64,000 nt of DNA, from the NCBI GenBank assembly GCA_964019425.1, contig OZ025791.1:186001-250000 (forward strand). The letters run 5' to 3'. Shown piece after piece: positions 33,942 through 46,905 of the stretch. The position numbers and the translations under genes were made by a program. The notes under the pieces were generated by a model that saw nothing but the letters and a program-made list of their open reading frames with translations, was not told the origin of the DNA and did no database searches. The number at the start of each line of letters is the position of its first letter. Position 1 is the stretch's first letter. The DNA comes from Flectonema sp. DT1601 (Eukaryota).

Positions 33942-36109
33942 TTACTGCTTCTTCTCCTCGTCCTTCTTTTCTTCCTTCTTCTCCTCCTCTTCCTTCTTCT
34001 CTTCTGGCTTCTCTTCAGACTGAGTCTCGGTTGATGAAGAGGCATTGGCGGCGGCGGCGGCCTCGTAGTCCTTCTTACCACAGTCCATCACCAGCTTCTG
34101 GAGCTTGTCATTGGCTTCCTGGAGCTGCTCAGGGGTCGAGTTCTCGTTGGCAATCGCATCCTTGGTCTGCTGAATGGCTTCTGTCACCTGCTGCTTCTCC
34201 TCCTCGGAAACGTGCTTCCACTCACCAACAGCCTTCTCAGCCTGGATCACCTGGGTCTCGGCAGTGTTCTTTGCCTCAACTGACTCCCTCTTCTTCTTGT
34301 CAGCCTCCTGATGGTCCTCAGCTTCTCTGATCATTCTCTCGATCTCGTCCTTGCTCAATCCTCCGCTGGACTGGATTCTCACGGTCTGTTCCTTGCCAGT
34401 CGCCTTGTCCTTCGCGCTCACGTTGCAGATACCGTTGGCATCGATGTCGAAGGTCACTTCAATCTGTGGAACTCCACGTGGTGCTGGTGGAACTCCCATC
34501 AGGTCGAACTGTCCCAACATCTGGTTGTCCGCAGCCATTTCACGTTCTCCCTGGAGAACCTTGATGCCAACCTGGGTCTGGTTGTCAGCAGCAGTCGAGA
34601 ATACCTGTGGTTGTTGATGATTATGATGATGTTGTTGTTGTTACTACAAAAGACTGTTTCCATTACAAGTTTTACCAACTCCAACATACCTGACTCTTCT
34701 TCGTTGGGATGGTGGTGTTCTTTGGGATCAAACGGGTGAAGACTCCTCCGAGGGTTTCCAATCCTGTTTTAAATTTAATGAGAAAGAAGACGAAACAATG
34801 TACTTTTATCTGCAGCTAGCTCTCACAGAAGAATACAGCAAAAACGATGAATGAAATGAAATGTTTTGTGTCTGCTTGACATACCGAGGGAAAGAGGGGT
34901 GACATCGAGAAGAAGAAGACCGCCAACGTCTCCCTTCAACACTCCTCCCTGAATAGCAGCACCCATGGCCACAACCTCATCAGGGTTCACTCCCTTGAAA
35001 GGTTCACGCTTGAAGATGTTCTTCGTCACCTCCTGCACCTTAGGCATACGAGACATTCCTCCGACAAGGATCACTTCTTGGATCTCACTGGTGCTGAGTC
35101 CAGAGTCCTTGATGCAGGTCTCACATGGCTTGATGGTTCTGTTGATCAAGTTCTCAACCAATCCTTCGAGCTTCGATCTGGTCAGTGTCTGTTGCAAGTG
35201 CTGAGGTCCAGACTCGTTCGCCGAGATGTACGGCAAGTTGATCTCCGTCTGCATCGATGAACTCAACTCCATCTTTGCCTTCTCTGCCGCCTCACGTACA
35301 CGCTGAAGGGCCATCTTGTCCTTGGCGACGTCGATACCGACCTCCTTTCCGAAGGTGTCGGTGATGTGCTGGGTGATCGCCATGTCGAAGTCCTCTCCTC
35401 CCAAGAAGGTGTCTCCGTTGGTCGCCTTCACTTCGAACACTCCTCCCGACACCTCCAAGATCGACACATCGAAGGTACCACCACCCAAGTCGTACACGGC
35501 AACGACCTTGTCCTCGTCCTTCTCCATACCGTAAGCAAGGGCCGCGGCAGTTGGCTCGTTGATGATTCTGGTCACGTTAAGCTTCGCGATCATTCCGGCG
35601 TCCTTGGTGGCCTGACGCTGGGCGTCGTTGAAGTACGCTGGCACGGTGATGACGGCATTTGGAACGGTGGTTCCAACGTGTGCCTCAGCAGTCTCTCTCA
35701 TCTTCTCCAGAACGAAGGATCCGACTTGGCTCGGTGAGTATTCTTTTCCGGCGGTGTCCTGTACCCAAGCGTCTCCGTTTCCGGCTCTCACGATCGTGAA
35801 AGGAACCTGCTTCTGGTCCTCCTTGGTCTCCTTGTCGTCGTACTTACGACCAATCAAACGCTTGATGGCGTAGAAGGTGTTGGTTGGGTTGGTCACAGCC
35901 TGTCTCTTCGCGGCCAAACCGACGAGCTTCTCAGCTCCCTTGAATGCGACATACGAAGGGGTGGTTCTGAAACCTTCGCTGTTCTCAATCACACGGGCGT
36001 TGTTTCCTTCCATGATCGCAACACAAGAGTTGGTGGTTCCCAAATCGATACCAACAACATTTCCGGTAACCTTTGAGCAGTAAGCTCTACGGGCGGCCTT
36101 GCTGAACAT
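33942..36109 (-). CDS. mtHSP70: Mitochondrial HSP70, copy 2 (3 exons)
   Basis: Same structure as copy 1. Intron 2 is 34605-34689 (85 nt). Confidence 0.95.
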
Positions 36110-37185
36110 TTTAAAGATGATGCTGGAAAGATGATGAAGTTACTCAACAGAATTACCAATACTAAATACGGCAAGCAATAACACAAACCCTCAAGGAGAA
36201 ACTGATGAGAGATAAATACGTAAGTTCCTTAAGAACACCAGTTGTGGGTGGCAGCTAGAATAGAGTACGCATATGATTGGGATCAAACATCCATAAAGAT
36301 ATACCTGCCCCGGCTGAGGCAAGGTCTGTCGTTTGACAGAAATGGACCAAGTGTTGCGGCACATTAAATCGCCGCTTGATCCAATTTCCTTTACAGAAAT
36401 TAGTTGCAATCTTTTTTTTTTTGACTCTTTTTGACTATTTATTTTGCTTAACTAACCTCCTCAGTTATAACAATGATTTACAAGTCAACTTCTTTACTAC
36501 TCGACCACCAGAATCCAACCCCAAGCACAATATTATATTTTATTTCTGGAAAAAGAAACTGTTTTATGAGACACTCAGCGTATGATTCGTAATGAGAGCA
36601 AACGAATATGTTCATGTAGCAATTTAGAAGACCTCTTTGAACATGTCAACTTTCTGTTATGAAGTAGTATTTTATATATTTTTCATAACTTTTCCCTCAA
36701 GTAAGTTATTGTAATCTTGAACCGCTTCTTCTTTTCTTTTAATGGAACTGCTCAATGACAAGTTGTGCGACAAACACAACACAAAACTTTGATAAAACAA
36801 GACAGAGAAGCGCATAAGCGCTAAGGTGTCAATGAAAACGGGGAGAGGAAGCTTTCATTTTTTTTTTTTTTTTTTTTAAAACTAATATTTTCTTTTTTCT
36901 TGATTTTCTGTTTTCTTTTCATAAACTACCTATTCTTGTCGAATGATAATTCTATTCCAGATTGGAAGTTCAATCTAAATTAGAATAAAGCTAGCTAATT
37001 ACCGCCACAATTATTGACTGTAACTTCTTGGAAGAGAGGGATTGTTCGGGACAGAATTTGAGTTGAGGAGACAAATTAATTCAGAGAGTTGATTATTGTT
37101 GATTTGGTGTACAGATTAATACCGATTGATAACACCTCAACTTAAATCATTAAATACTACAACAGTAGAAGCAATCAAATTAGGT

Positions 37186-39349
37186 TTACTGCTTCTTCTC
37201 CTCGTCCTTCTTTTCTTCCTTCTTCTCCTCCTCTTCCTTTTTCTCTTCTGGCTTCTCTTCAGACTGAGTCTCGGTTGATGAAGAGGCATTGGCGGCGGCG
37301 GCGGCCTCGTAGTCCTTCTTACCACAGTCCATCACCAGCTTCTGGAGCTTGTCATTGGCTTCCTGGAGCTGCTCAGGGGTCGAGTTCTCGTTGGCAATCG
37401 CATCCTTGGTCTGCTGAATGGCTTCTGTCACCTGCTGCTTCTCCTCCTCGGAAACGTGCTTCCACTCACCAACAGCCTTCTCAGCCTGGATCACCTGGGT
37501 CTCGGCAGTGTTCTTTGCCTCAACTGACTCCCTCTTCTTCTTGTCAGCCTCCTGATGGTCCTCAGCTTCTCTGATCATTCTCTCGATCTCGTCCTTGCTC
37601 AATCCTCCGCTGGACTGGATTCTCACGGTCTGTTCCTTGCCAGTCGCCTTGTCCTTCGCACTCACGTTGCAGATACCGTTGGCATCGATGTCGAAGGTCA
37701 CTTCAATCTGTGGAACTCCACGTGGTGCTGGTGGAACTCCCATCAGGTCGAACTGTCCCAACATCTGGTTGTCCGCAGCCATTTCACGTTCTCCCTGGAG
37801 AACCTTGATACCAACCTGGGTCTGGTTGTCAGCAGCAGTCGAGAATACCTGTGGTTGGTGATGATGATGATGATGTTGTTGTTGTTACTACAAAAGACTG
37901 TTTCCATTACAAGTTTTACCAACTCCAACATACCTGACTCTTCTTCGTTGGGATGGTGGTGTTCTTTGGGATCAAACGGGTGAAGACTCCTCCGAGGGTT
38001 TCCAATCCTGTTTTAGATTTAATGAGAAAAAAGACTAAACAATGCACTTTTATCTGCAGCTCTCACAGAAGAATACAGCAAAAACGATGAATGAAATGAA
38101 ATGTTTTGTGTCTGTTTGACATACCGAGGGAAAGAGGGGTGACATCGAGAAGAAGAAGACCGCCAACGTCTCCCTTCAACACTCCTCCCTGAATAGCAGC
38201 ACCCATGGCCACAACCTCATCAGGGTTCACTCCCTTGAAAGGTTCACGCTTGAAGATGTTCTTCGTCACCTCCTGCACCTTTGGCATACGAGACATTCCT
38301 CCGACAAGGATCACTTCTTGGATCTCACTGGTGCTGAGTCCAGAGTCCTTGATGCAGGTCTCACATGGCTTGATGGTTCTGTTGATCAAGTTCTCAACCA
38401 ATCCTTCGAGTTTCGATCTGGTCAGTGTCTGTTGCAAGTGCTGAGGTCCAGACTCGTTCGCCGAGATGTACGGCAAGTTGATCTCCGTCTGCATCGATGA
38501 ACTCAACTCCATCTTTGCCTTCTCTGCCGCCTCACGTACACGCTGAAGGGCCATCTTGTCCTTGGCGACGTCGATACCGACCTCCTTTCCGAAGGTGTCG
38601 GTGATGTGCTGGGTGATCGCCATGTCGAAGTCCTCTCCTCCCAAGAAGGTGTCTCCGTTGGTCGCCTTCACTTCGAACACTCCTCCCGACACCTCCAAGA
38701 TCGACACATCGAAGGTACCACCACCCAAGTCGTACACGGCAACGACCTTGTCCTCGTCCTTCTCCATACCGTAAGCAAGGGCCGCGGCAGTTGGCTCGTT
38801 GATGATTCTGGTCACGTTAAGCTTCGCGATCATTCCGGCGTCCTTGGTGGCCTGACGCTGGGCGTCGTTGAAGTACGCTGGCACGGTGATGACGGCATTT
38901 GGAACGGTGGTTCCAACGTGTGCCTCAGCAGTTTCTCTCATCTTCTCCAGAACGAAGGATCCGACTTGGCTCGGTGAGTATTCTTTTCCGGCAGTGTCCT
39001 GTACCCAAGCGTCTCCGTTTCCGGCTCTCACGATCGTGAAAGGAACCTGCTTCTGGTCCTCCTTGGTCTCCTTGTCGTCGTACTTACGACCAATCAAACG
39101 CTTGATGGCGTAGAAGGTGTTGGTTGGGTTGGTCACAGCCTGTCTCTTCGCGGCCAAACCGACGAGCTTCTCAGCTCCCTTGAATGCGACATACGAAGGG
39201 GTGGTTCTGAAACCTTCGCTGTTCTCAATCACACGAGCGTTGTTTCCTTCCATGATCGCAACACAAGAGTTGGTGGTTCCCAAATCGATACCAACAACAT
39301 TTCCGGTAACCTTTGAGCAGTAAGCTCTACGGGCGGCCTTGCTGAACAT
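37186..39349 (-). CDS. mtHSP70: Mitochondrial HSP70, copy 3 (3 exons)
   Basis: Same structure as copy 1. Intron 2 is 37849-37933 (85 nt). Confidence 0.95.
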
Positions 39350-39789
39350 TTTAAAGATGATGCTGGAAAGATGATGAAGTTACTCAACAGAATTACCAAT
39401 ACTAAATACGGCAAGCAATAACGCAGGAGAAACGCATAAGCGTTTAAAAATGCGTGATGAAGTTGTTTCTTAGCAACAAAAAATGATATTTGAAAACAAA
39501 ACGGGTTAGATTAATGAAAGAGAATAGCAATAACAAGGAAGAGATCCTGTAACTGATGAAGCTGCGAACAACAAGAATAACATAAAATATGTTCCAAAAA
39601 CAAAAATAAATTTCAAAAGCAACGCAAAAAGGACACCAACAGGTGAATTAATATTATTTAGCAGAGCATGTTTAATGAATGAACACGTCAATCTGCTTGT
39701 TGGCAGTTATTTTAATTTTTATTCATTTTTAAGGATGCAACGAATACCTGTTGCTCCCAATAAGGAAAGCAAACACTCAGGATTCGAAC

Positions 39790-41983
39790 TTACTGCTTCT
39801 TCTCCTCGTCCTTCTTTTCTTCCTTCTTCTCCTCCTCTTCCTTTTTCTCTTCTGGCTTCTCCTCAGACTGAGTCTCGGTTGATGAAGAGGCATTGGCGGC
39901 GGCGGCGGCCTCGTAGTCCTTCTTACCACAGTCCATCACCAGCTTCTGGAGCTTGTCATTGGCTTCCTGGAGCTGCTCAGGGGTCGAGTTCTCGTTGGCA
40001 ATCGCATCCTTGGTCTGCTGAATGGCTTCTGTCACCTGCTGCTTCTCCTCCTCGGAAACGTGCTTCCACTCACCAACAGCCTTCTCAGCCTGGATCACCT
40101 GGGTCTCGGCAGTGTTCTTTGCCTCAACTGACTCCCTCTTCTTCTTGTCAGCCTCCTGATGGTCCTCAGCTTCTCTGATCATTCTCTCGATCTCGTCCTT
40201 GCTCAATCCTCCGCTGGACTGGATTCTCACGGTCTGTTCCTTGCCAGTCGCCTTGTCCTTCGCACTCACGTTGCAGATACCGTTGGCATCGATGTCGAAG
40301 GTCACTTCAATCTGTGGAACTCCACGTGGTGCTGGTGGAACTCCCATCAGGTCGAACTGTCCCAACATCTGGTTGTCCGCAGCCATTTCACGTTCTCCCT
40401 GGAGAACCTTGATGCCTACCTGGGTCTGGTTGTCAGCAGCAGTCGAGAATACCTGTGGTTGTTGATGATTATGATGATGTTGTTGTTGTTACTACAAAAG
40501 ACTGTTTCCATTACAAGTTTTACCAACTCCATCCGACAAACACCAATCTATTCAACAACATACCTGACTCTTCTTCGTTGGGATGGTGGTGTTCTTTGGG
40601 ATCAAACGGGTGAAGACTCCTCCGAGGGTTTCCAATCCTGTTTTAAATTTAATGAGAAAGAAGACGAAACAATGTACTTTTATCTGCAGCTAGCTCTCAC
40701 AGAAGAATACAGCAAAAACGATGAATGAAATGAAATGTTTTGTGTCTGTTTGACATACCGAGGGAAAGAGGGGTGACATCGAGAAGAAGAAGACCGCCAA
40801 CGTCTCCCTTCAACACTCCTCCCTGAATAGCAGCACCCATGGCCACAACCTCATCAGGGTTCACTCCCTTGAAAGGTTCACGCTTGAAGATGTTCTTCGT
40901 CACCTCCTGCACCTTAGGCATACGAGACATTCCTCCGACAAGGATCACTTCTTGGATCTCACTGGTGCTGAGTCCAGAGTCCTTGATGCAGGTCTCACAT
41001 GGCTTGATGGTTCTGTTGATCAAGTTCTCAACCAATCCTTCGAGCTTCGATCTGGTCAGTGTCTGTTGCAAGTGCTGAGGTCCAGACTCGTTCGCCGAGA
41101 TGTACGGCAAGTTGATCTCCGTCTGCATCGATGAACTCAACTCCATCTTTGCCTTCTCTGCTGCCTCACGTACACGCTGAAGGGCCATCTTGTCCTTGGC
41201 GACGTCGATACCGACCTCCTTTCCGAAGGTGTCGGTGATGTGCTGGGTGATCGCCATGTCGAAGTCCTCTCCTCCCAAGAAGGTGTCTCCGTTGGTCGCC
41301 TTCACTTCGAACACTCCTCCCGACACCTCCAAGATCGACACATCGAAGGTACCACCACCCAAGTCGTACACGGCAACGACCTTGTCCTCGTCCTTCTCCA
41401 TACCGTAAGCAAGGGCCGCGGCAGTTGGCTCGTTGATGATTCTGGTCACGTTAAGCTTCGCGATCATTCCGGCGTCCTTGGTGGCCTGACGCTGGGCGTC
41501 GTTGAAGTACGCTGGCACGGTGATGACGGCATTTGGAACGGTGGTTCCAACGTGTGCCTCAGCAGTCTCTCTCATCTTCTCCAGAACGAAGGATCCGACT
41601 TGGCTCGGTGAGTATTCTTTTCCGGCGGTGTCCTGTACCCAAGCGTCTCCGTTTCCGGCTCTCACGATCGTGAAAGGAACCTGCTTCTGGTCCTCCTTGG
41701 TCTCCTTGTCGTCGTACTTACGACCAATCAAACGCTTGATGGCGTAGAAGGTGTTGGTTGGGTTGGTCACAGCCTGTCTCTTCGCGGCCAAACCGACGAG
41801 CTTCTCAGCTCCCTTGAATGCGACATACGAAGGGGTGGTTCTGAAACCTTCGCTGTTCTCAATCACACGGGCGTTGTTTCCTTCCATGATCGCAACACAA
41901 GAGTTGGTGGTTCCCAAATCGATACCAACAACATTTCCGGTAACCTTTGAGCAGTAAGCTCTACGGGCGGCCTTGCTGAACAT
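39790..41983 (-). CDS. mtHSP70: Mitochondrial HSP70, copy 4 (3 exons)
   Basis: Same structure as copy 1. Intron 2 is 40453-40563 (111 nt). ATG at 41983. Confidence 0.95.
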
Positions 41984-42327
41984 TTTAAAGATGATGCTGG
42001 AAAGATGATGTGGGATAAATGACGTCAATCTAAGTCTGTATTTGTGTTTTGTGAAAGTAGTTCTGAAAACATGATAAAGTTCGCAAAGACATGTTATTTT
42101 GTGTCCCTCACTTGATAGGTAAAGGAAATGAAAATTAACAATGAAAGTAATAAATACGAATTCTTATAAACAAAAAGACATAATACAATACAAAAGAATT
42201 ATCAACAAAGCTACAGTGCTGTCGCATTACTCAATTCCGTTGTGAGAATGCATTTAGAAAGCACAAGGAAGTTGTAGAAACTCTTTAGGCAGCAAGATTA
42301 CCATAACATCGTTAACAGAGTTAGTTT

Positions 42328-43302
42328 TCACTGTGATCTTTCCTTTCGAATGTATTTAAGTAATTCAAAAGCGGAGTCTACCTGAGTGTGAGTAAGAGAA
42401 GATGTTTTAGTCAGCTCAAAAAGATAATTAGCGAGGCTCACAACAGTTGGGTCATTAAATGAATTAAAGCTTCCATGAGGAGGTGGTGTTGGTGGAGGAG
42501 GGGATGCAGTAGCAGCAGCACTAATTCCTCTTTCTGGAGGGGCACTCTCCCGATTCTCAACCCATCGATTACTAACTCTTTCTTGTGGTATATTTTGTTG
42601 TAAGCCAACAGTAGCTCCACAAGTATCTGGCCACAAGTCACCAGGAGACCATAAACCTTGTTGAGAAACATCAATTCTACTCGCATTCTGTGGAGTACTT
42701 ATTATTGAACGATCCTTTGATGAAGGTGAAAAGACAACTGATCTAGTTGTTCGAGTTGGTGTCATTGAGGGAGTAGCAGTAATTGGAATGTGACTTCGAA
42801 CTGATTGGCGAGAAGTTGGAGTTTCTCTATTACTGAAGATAGTGTCGGGGATTTGAGTTCGCTGACGTTTTGGAGTTTCTAAAATTGTTTCGCCTCGTAA
42901 ACTGTCGACAGGTTCCTCAGGTCGATAATAATTTCTCTGAGGAGATTGTATTACTCTAAGCTGATCAACTAAATGTTGAGGTGGTGGAGCTGCTAGTACT
43001 CTCTTTTGAATATCTAAACTCCAAAGTTCCTCAACGATGTCATCTTTTAGTAAAGCTGTTCGTTCTTTAATTAAAAACCCTAACTCCTTAACTGCTGTAC
43101 CCACTCCAGTCTTCCCGCTGCGAGCTAGTTTCTGCAGCTCGGCACGTGCAGCTGCACCACTAGCTTCGTCACGCTGCAGTTCTCTTGCTCTAACTAACGC
43201 GTCGTTGTCTGAAACTTGTAGTCGATCTTCTTGAATAGCTACTTCTCGTTTTGGAATGTCTAAATGATCTTTTATTCCTTCAAAGAGTGACCGCTCTTGC
43301 AT
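42328..43302 (-). CDS. Hypothetical protein (about 324 aa, Ser/Thr/Pro-rich centre)
   Basis: Long ORF on the gene strand. ATG at 43302 follows a U-rich tract ending in CAG. No recognisable domain. Confidence 0.7.
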   Translation of the reverse strand: MQERSLFEGIKDHLDIPKREVAIQEDRLQVSDNDALVRARELQRDEASGAAARAELQKLARSGKTGVGTAVKELGFLIKERTALLKDDIVEELWSLDIQKRVLAAPPPQHLVDQLRVIQSPQRNYYRPEEPVDSLRGETILETPKRQRTQIPDTIFSNRETPTSRQSVRSHIPITATPSMTPTRTTRSVVFSPSSKDRSIISTPQNASRIDVSQQGLWSPGDLWPDTCGATVGLQQNIPQERVSNRWVENRESAPPERGISAAATASPPPPTPPPHGSFNSFNDPTVVSLANYLFELTKTSSLTHTQVDSAFELLKYIRKERSQ

Positions 43303-44149
43303 TTTCGTGGACGTCACTGATTGTATTAACAATAATATAAAATCACGTAAAAAGAGAAATAAAAAGAAAACGTTATATATATTTTTGTGTCTCGCTTGAC
43401 TGCTGCTGTACTCCTCATTCAATCACCTCTCATTTATGGGTTTCTGAACTTTCAATACGAAAAAAAAAGAATGTAATTTAGCAACTGCACGAACGAGCAA
43501 CTACGGTATAAATAAAGAAAAATAATATTTCTTTCAAAGGTCGTCCGTTTTTATTTTTTTTCCATATTTTTCTTTTTTTTTTTTTTTCCCCGATTATTTT
43601 TTTTTCATTCAAAGAACTTGGAGAAACGTTCGCGATCCTTTTCAACTCCTCCCCTCCCCAGGATATGAACTTATAAAAAAAAGAAAACTATTTTCTCGAG
43701 GCGCCAGAAGTTTAGTGAAAAGAAAAAAAATGGTAAAATGGCAAGTAGACTCCGTAGTTATTAATTATTTTAAAAAAAAAAGAAAATTGGGTCTTGAACA
43801 TATTTATAAAGACATAAATATATGTAGTATCAAGGTTAATTAATTTAAACATTAGTAATTTATGATACAGTGACTAAAGGTAATGTTAGTATGGGTAAAA
43901 CACTATGCAAATTTCGGGGTGGGTTAAAGTTATCAGAATGGAAAGAAGATAATTCTCCCTATGTATATGCACCCGACTGTCAACACTATGAAATCTCTAA
44001 CATAATTATTTTTCGTAAATATCTTTTCTACGACGGTGTGTTTTGAAGTTTATTCATTCGATTTTGGAACAGCTATTCAGGAAATCCGAAGGAATACTCA
44101 GCTGTGGTGAGGGTGAGAGTGAAGTGTTAGTAATGAATATGAATATGAA

Positions 44150-46774
44150 TTACTGTGAGAAAGTTTCAGCAGTAATTCCCTCCTTTTCGACCTGCTCAGC
44201 GAATTTCAGTTTAACATCGAGAGCCTCAATTCCCTGCTTCATTGATAGTGCGAACCCACTCAAATTCTTGGTTTCCAACAACTTCTTCATTTCAGTACCT
44301 TCCTCACGGGAAACCAACCCAGAGAAGAAACATTTGACTACTGATGAGAACATCATCTTCGACGTTCCAACAAACTTGTAGAGTGCATCATAATGATTGT
44401 TTGCAATATCCTTCATCAACTCTCCTCCAACAACGTCTCCATCAATGCTGGTTGCGCACATGGAACGTATGATGTAAATAAAGTCCTGATTACGAACCTT
44501 TCCACTTGTTAATCCCCACAAGATCCAATCTTTTTGAACCTTTAAATCTTTACATCTGGATACCGCAACATGAATAGAGTTTCTCAATCTGCTTTCGTCA
44601 GAGCTGTTGTGAACTTCACGAAGCTTCTCAACAATTTCAACACCCTTCATTCTGACGAGAAGCCCAAAGACTGCACCCTGAATGTCGGAAATGAGACGAG
44701 GGGTCTCTCTGTCTGCAAGGAAGTCATTAAAACGTCCTTCAGCTTCCTTAATGATTTCCTCATTTTGTGTTACCGAACACAAAAGAGATACCGCGACAGC
44801 ACGAAGGATCTTCGTATTATCATCGTCAGTCTCTCTGTTTTCCCATCCAAGCTTTTCGACGATTGGTGCTGCCTGTTCCTCGGCCTTGCTCGCGACAACT
44901 CTCAATAACTCCTTCTTGTTTTCAAGTTTTGTGTACTTCAAGTTGCTAATAATAATCGACCACGAGGTAGCTAAACGAGACCACACCTTGTCGTTCTCCT
45001 CACCAACGTAGCTATTTAAGAGTTTCATGAAGTCTTTTTGTGATACTTCTCCACATCGGAGTAGAGCGGTGTAATCAGAAAGGAGACCAATACGGTCTTC
45101 AGCGGTTAAGTCCTTCATTGCATCTGTTAGTCTCTGTAGCATATCAGTTTCGTACTTAACACGAAGCGGCGCGTGTTGACCAAAGTTGACCTTCAGCCAT
45201 CCCTCTCCGTTGGCGGTGTACGTGCCGGACTTTTCGCTCAAAATTTGTGCAGGTTCTTCTCCTTTGTCTGTTCCAAGGAATACTGGAACCATCCATTTCT
45301 TGTCGCTATCTCCATCCAATACTGAACCGTCAGCAACGAACCATTTCTGATTGAGAGTAATTGTTGTCTTACCGTCAGCAATCTTCCTATCAGTTACTGT
45401 CAACAGAGGAAATCCCATCTTTGATGTCCACGAGGACATCATCTCGTGAATTGGCTGACCAGAAGCTTCCTGGAAAGCATTCCAGAGATCATCAGTTTCG
45501 GTATTCTGGTATTGATGCTTCTTCAGGTATGAACTGAGACCCTTACGGAAGTTGTCTTTTCCAATCATTTTATAAATAAGACGAACAACAGAAGCACCTT
45601 TATAGTACGAAATTGCGTCGAAAACTTCATCAACGTCTTCAGCACGTTCGATGTCAACCTGAATAGGGTGACTGGAGCGGAGAGAATCGAGATCAAGGGC
45701 ACCAGATTGTTCGCAGGAGACGAAGGACTCCCAGATTTTCCATTCTGGAAAGATACTTTCAGCACAAAACGTTTGCATCCAGCAAGCAAAACCTTCGTTA
45801 AGCCACAATCCATCCCACCAAGCCATCGTAACTAAATTACCAAACCATTGATGTGCTAACTCATGAGTAACAACAGTACAAACTCTTTGTTTTGTTGCCA
45901 TCGATGATCTGGAAGGATCGATTAACATATCCACCTCACGGTAGGCTACTAATCCCCAGTTCTCCATCGCACCAGCGGAGAAGTCAGGAATAGCAATCAT
46001 ATCGCACTTAGGAAGTGGGTACGGAATGCCAAAGTAGTCGTTGTAGAATTCTAACGACTTTACTGCCATCTCCAAACAGAATGAAAGTAATTTTGATTTT
46101 CCAGGTGTGCACAAACAGCGAACGAGAGTACCGTTTTTAGTTGTTCCCTGAATGAAATCAAACTCTCCAACAATAAGAGCCAACAGGTACGTTGACATCT
46201 TTGGTGACGGCAAGAATGAAGTTTTTGACTTTCCATTCGGAAGTTGCTCAACCTTCGATTCAGGCATGTTTGAGATCGCCATCATTGAAGACTTGTGAAT
46301 GATAGTGATGTTGAAGATTGCTTTTCTCGATGGCTCATCCCAACAAGGGAAGCATCGGCGAGCGTCTGTTGCCTCGAATTGAGAAGTTGCGAGGTATTTC
46401 GTCTCACCTGAGAGTGATTTGTATGAAGATCTGTAAAAACCAACCATTTGATCATTTAGGTTTCCACGGAAGCTAAGTGACAGGGTTGCTTTTCCAGCGC
46501 AGAGCGGGGACGCAAATCGAATGGTGGCAGTGAACTCCTTGAAATTCATATCAATACCGACAGCATCAATCTTCTTACCTTCAGCATCTGTAGCACTGGC
46601 AGAATCGATTGTCAGGTCAAGCGCATGCAGAACTACGGATTCGGTTTTCTCATTCACTTCAACATTAATTGTCTCACTTCCATCAAATTTAAAGGTCGTC
46701 AAATCCGGTTCTACAGTCAGGTTGTACTCCAGAGGGACTACTGTGTCGGGAAGAAGTACTCTCGAGGATGCCAT
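44150..46774 (-). CDS. Puromycin-sensitive aminopeptidase-like M1 metallopeptidase
   Basis: TQFEATDARRCFPCWDEP, GAMENWGL, HELAHQWFGNLVT, WLNEGFA, YYKGAS. Likely start is MASSRV. A terminal intron near 44102-44190 is possible but unresolved. Confidence 0.93.
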   Translation of the reverse strand: MASSRVLLPDTVVPLEYNLTVEPDLTTFKFDGSETINVEVNEKTESVVLHALDLTIDSASATDAEGKKIDAVGIDMNFKEFTATIRFASPLCAGKATLSLSFRGNLNDQMVGFYRSSYKSLSGETKYLATSQFEATDARRCFPCWDEPSRKAIFNITIIHKSSMMAISNMPESKVEQLPNGKSKTSFLPSPKMSTYLLALIVGEFDFIQGTTKNGTLVRCLCTPGKSKLLSFCLEMAVKSLEFYNDYFGIPYPLPKCDMIAIPDFSAGAMENWGLVAYREVDMLIDPSRSSMATKQRVCTVVTHELAHQWFGNLVTMAWWDGLWLNEGFACWMQTFCAESIFPEWKIWESFVSCEQSGALDLDSLRSSHPIQVDIERAEDVDEVFDAISYYKGASVVRLIYKMIGKDNFRKGLSSYLKKHQYQNTETDDLWNAFQEASGQPIHEMMSSWTSKMGFPLLTVTDRKIADGKTTITLNQKWFVADGSVLDGDSDKKWMVPVFLGTDKGEEPAQILSEKSGTYTANGEGWLKVNFGQHAPLRVKYETDMLQRLTDAMKDLTAEDRIGLLSDYTALLRCGEVSQKDFMKLLNSYVGEENDKVWSRLATSWSIIISNLKYTKLENKKELLRVVASKAEEQAAPIVEKLGWENRETDDDNTKILRAVAVSLLCSVTQNEEIIKEAEGRFNDFLADRETPRLISDIQGAVFGLLVRMKGVEIVEKLREVHNSSDESRLRNSIHVAVSRCKDLKVQKDWILWGLTSGKVRNQDFIYIIRSMCATSIDGDVVGGELMKDIANNHYDALYKFVGTSKMMFSSVVKCFFSGLVSREEGTEMKKLLETKNLSGFALSMKQGIEALDVKLKFAEQVEKEGITAETFSQ

Positions 46775-46905
46775 TTTATGGTAACTTTCGCTTTCTGGGA
46801 GAATTATAATAAAACACAACAAACTGTAAGAACACTTAGGAGACGATGAAAGATTAATGGCTTAATTCAGAGCAGGTATTAATTATCACTTAGTAAGCCT
46901 TGTTG

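Noticed and set aside
23662..41957. Many plus-strand ORFs (up to 279 aa) over the FRD and HSP70 genes
   Set aside because: They are antisense shadows of codon-biased genes, a familiar effect for HSP70, and show no recognisable domains.
44052..44190. Alternative spliced C-terminus for the aminopeptidase (LSIPSDFLNSCSKIE*) after a CACCACAG acceptor
   Set aside because: The donor is ambiguous (GTCGAA or GTAATT give different products), so it cannot be resolved without transcripts.
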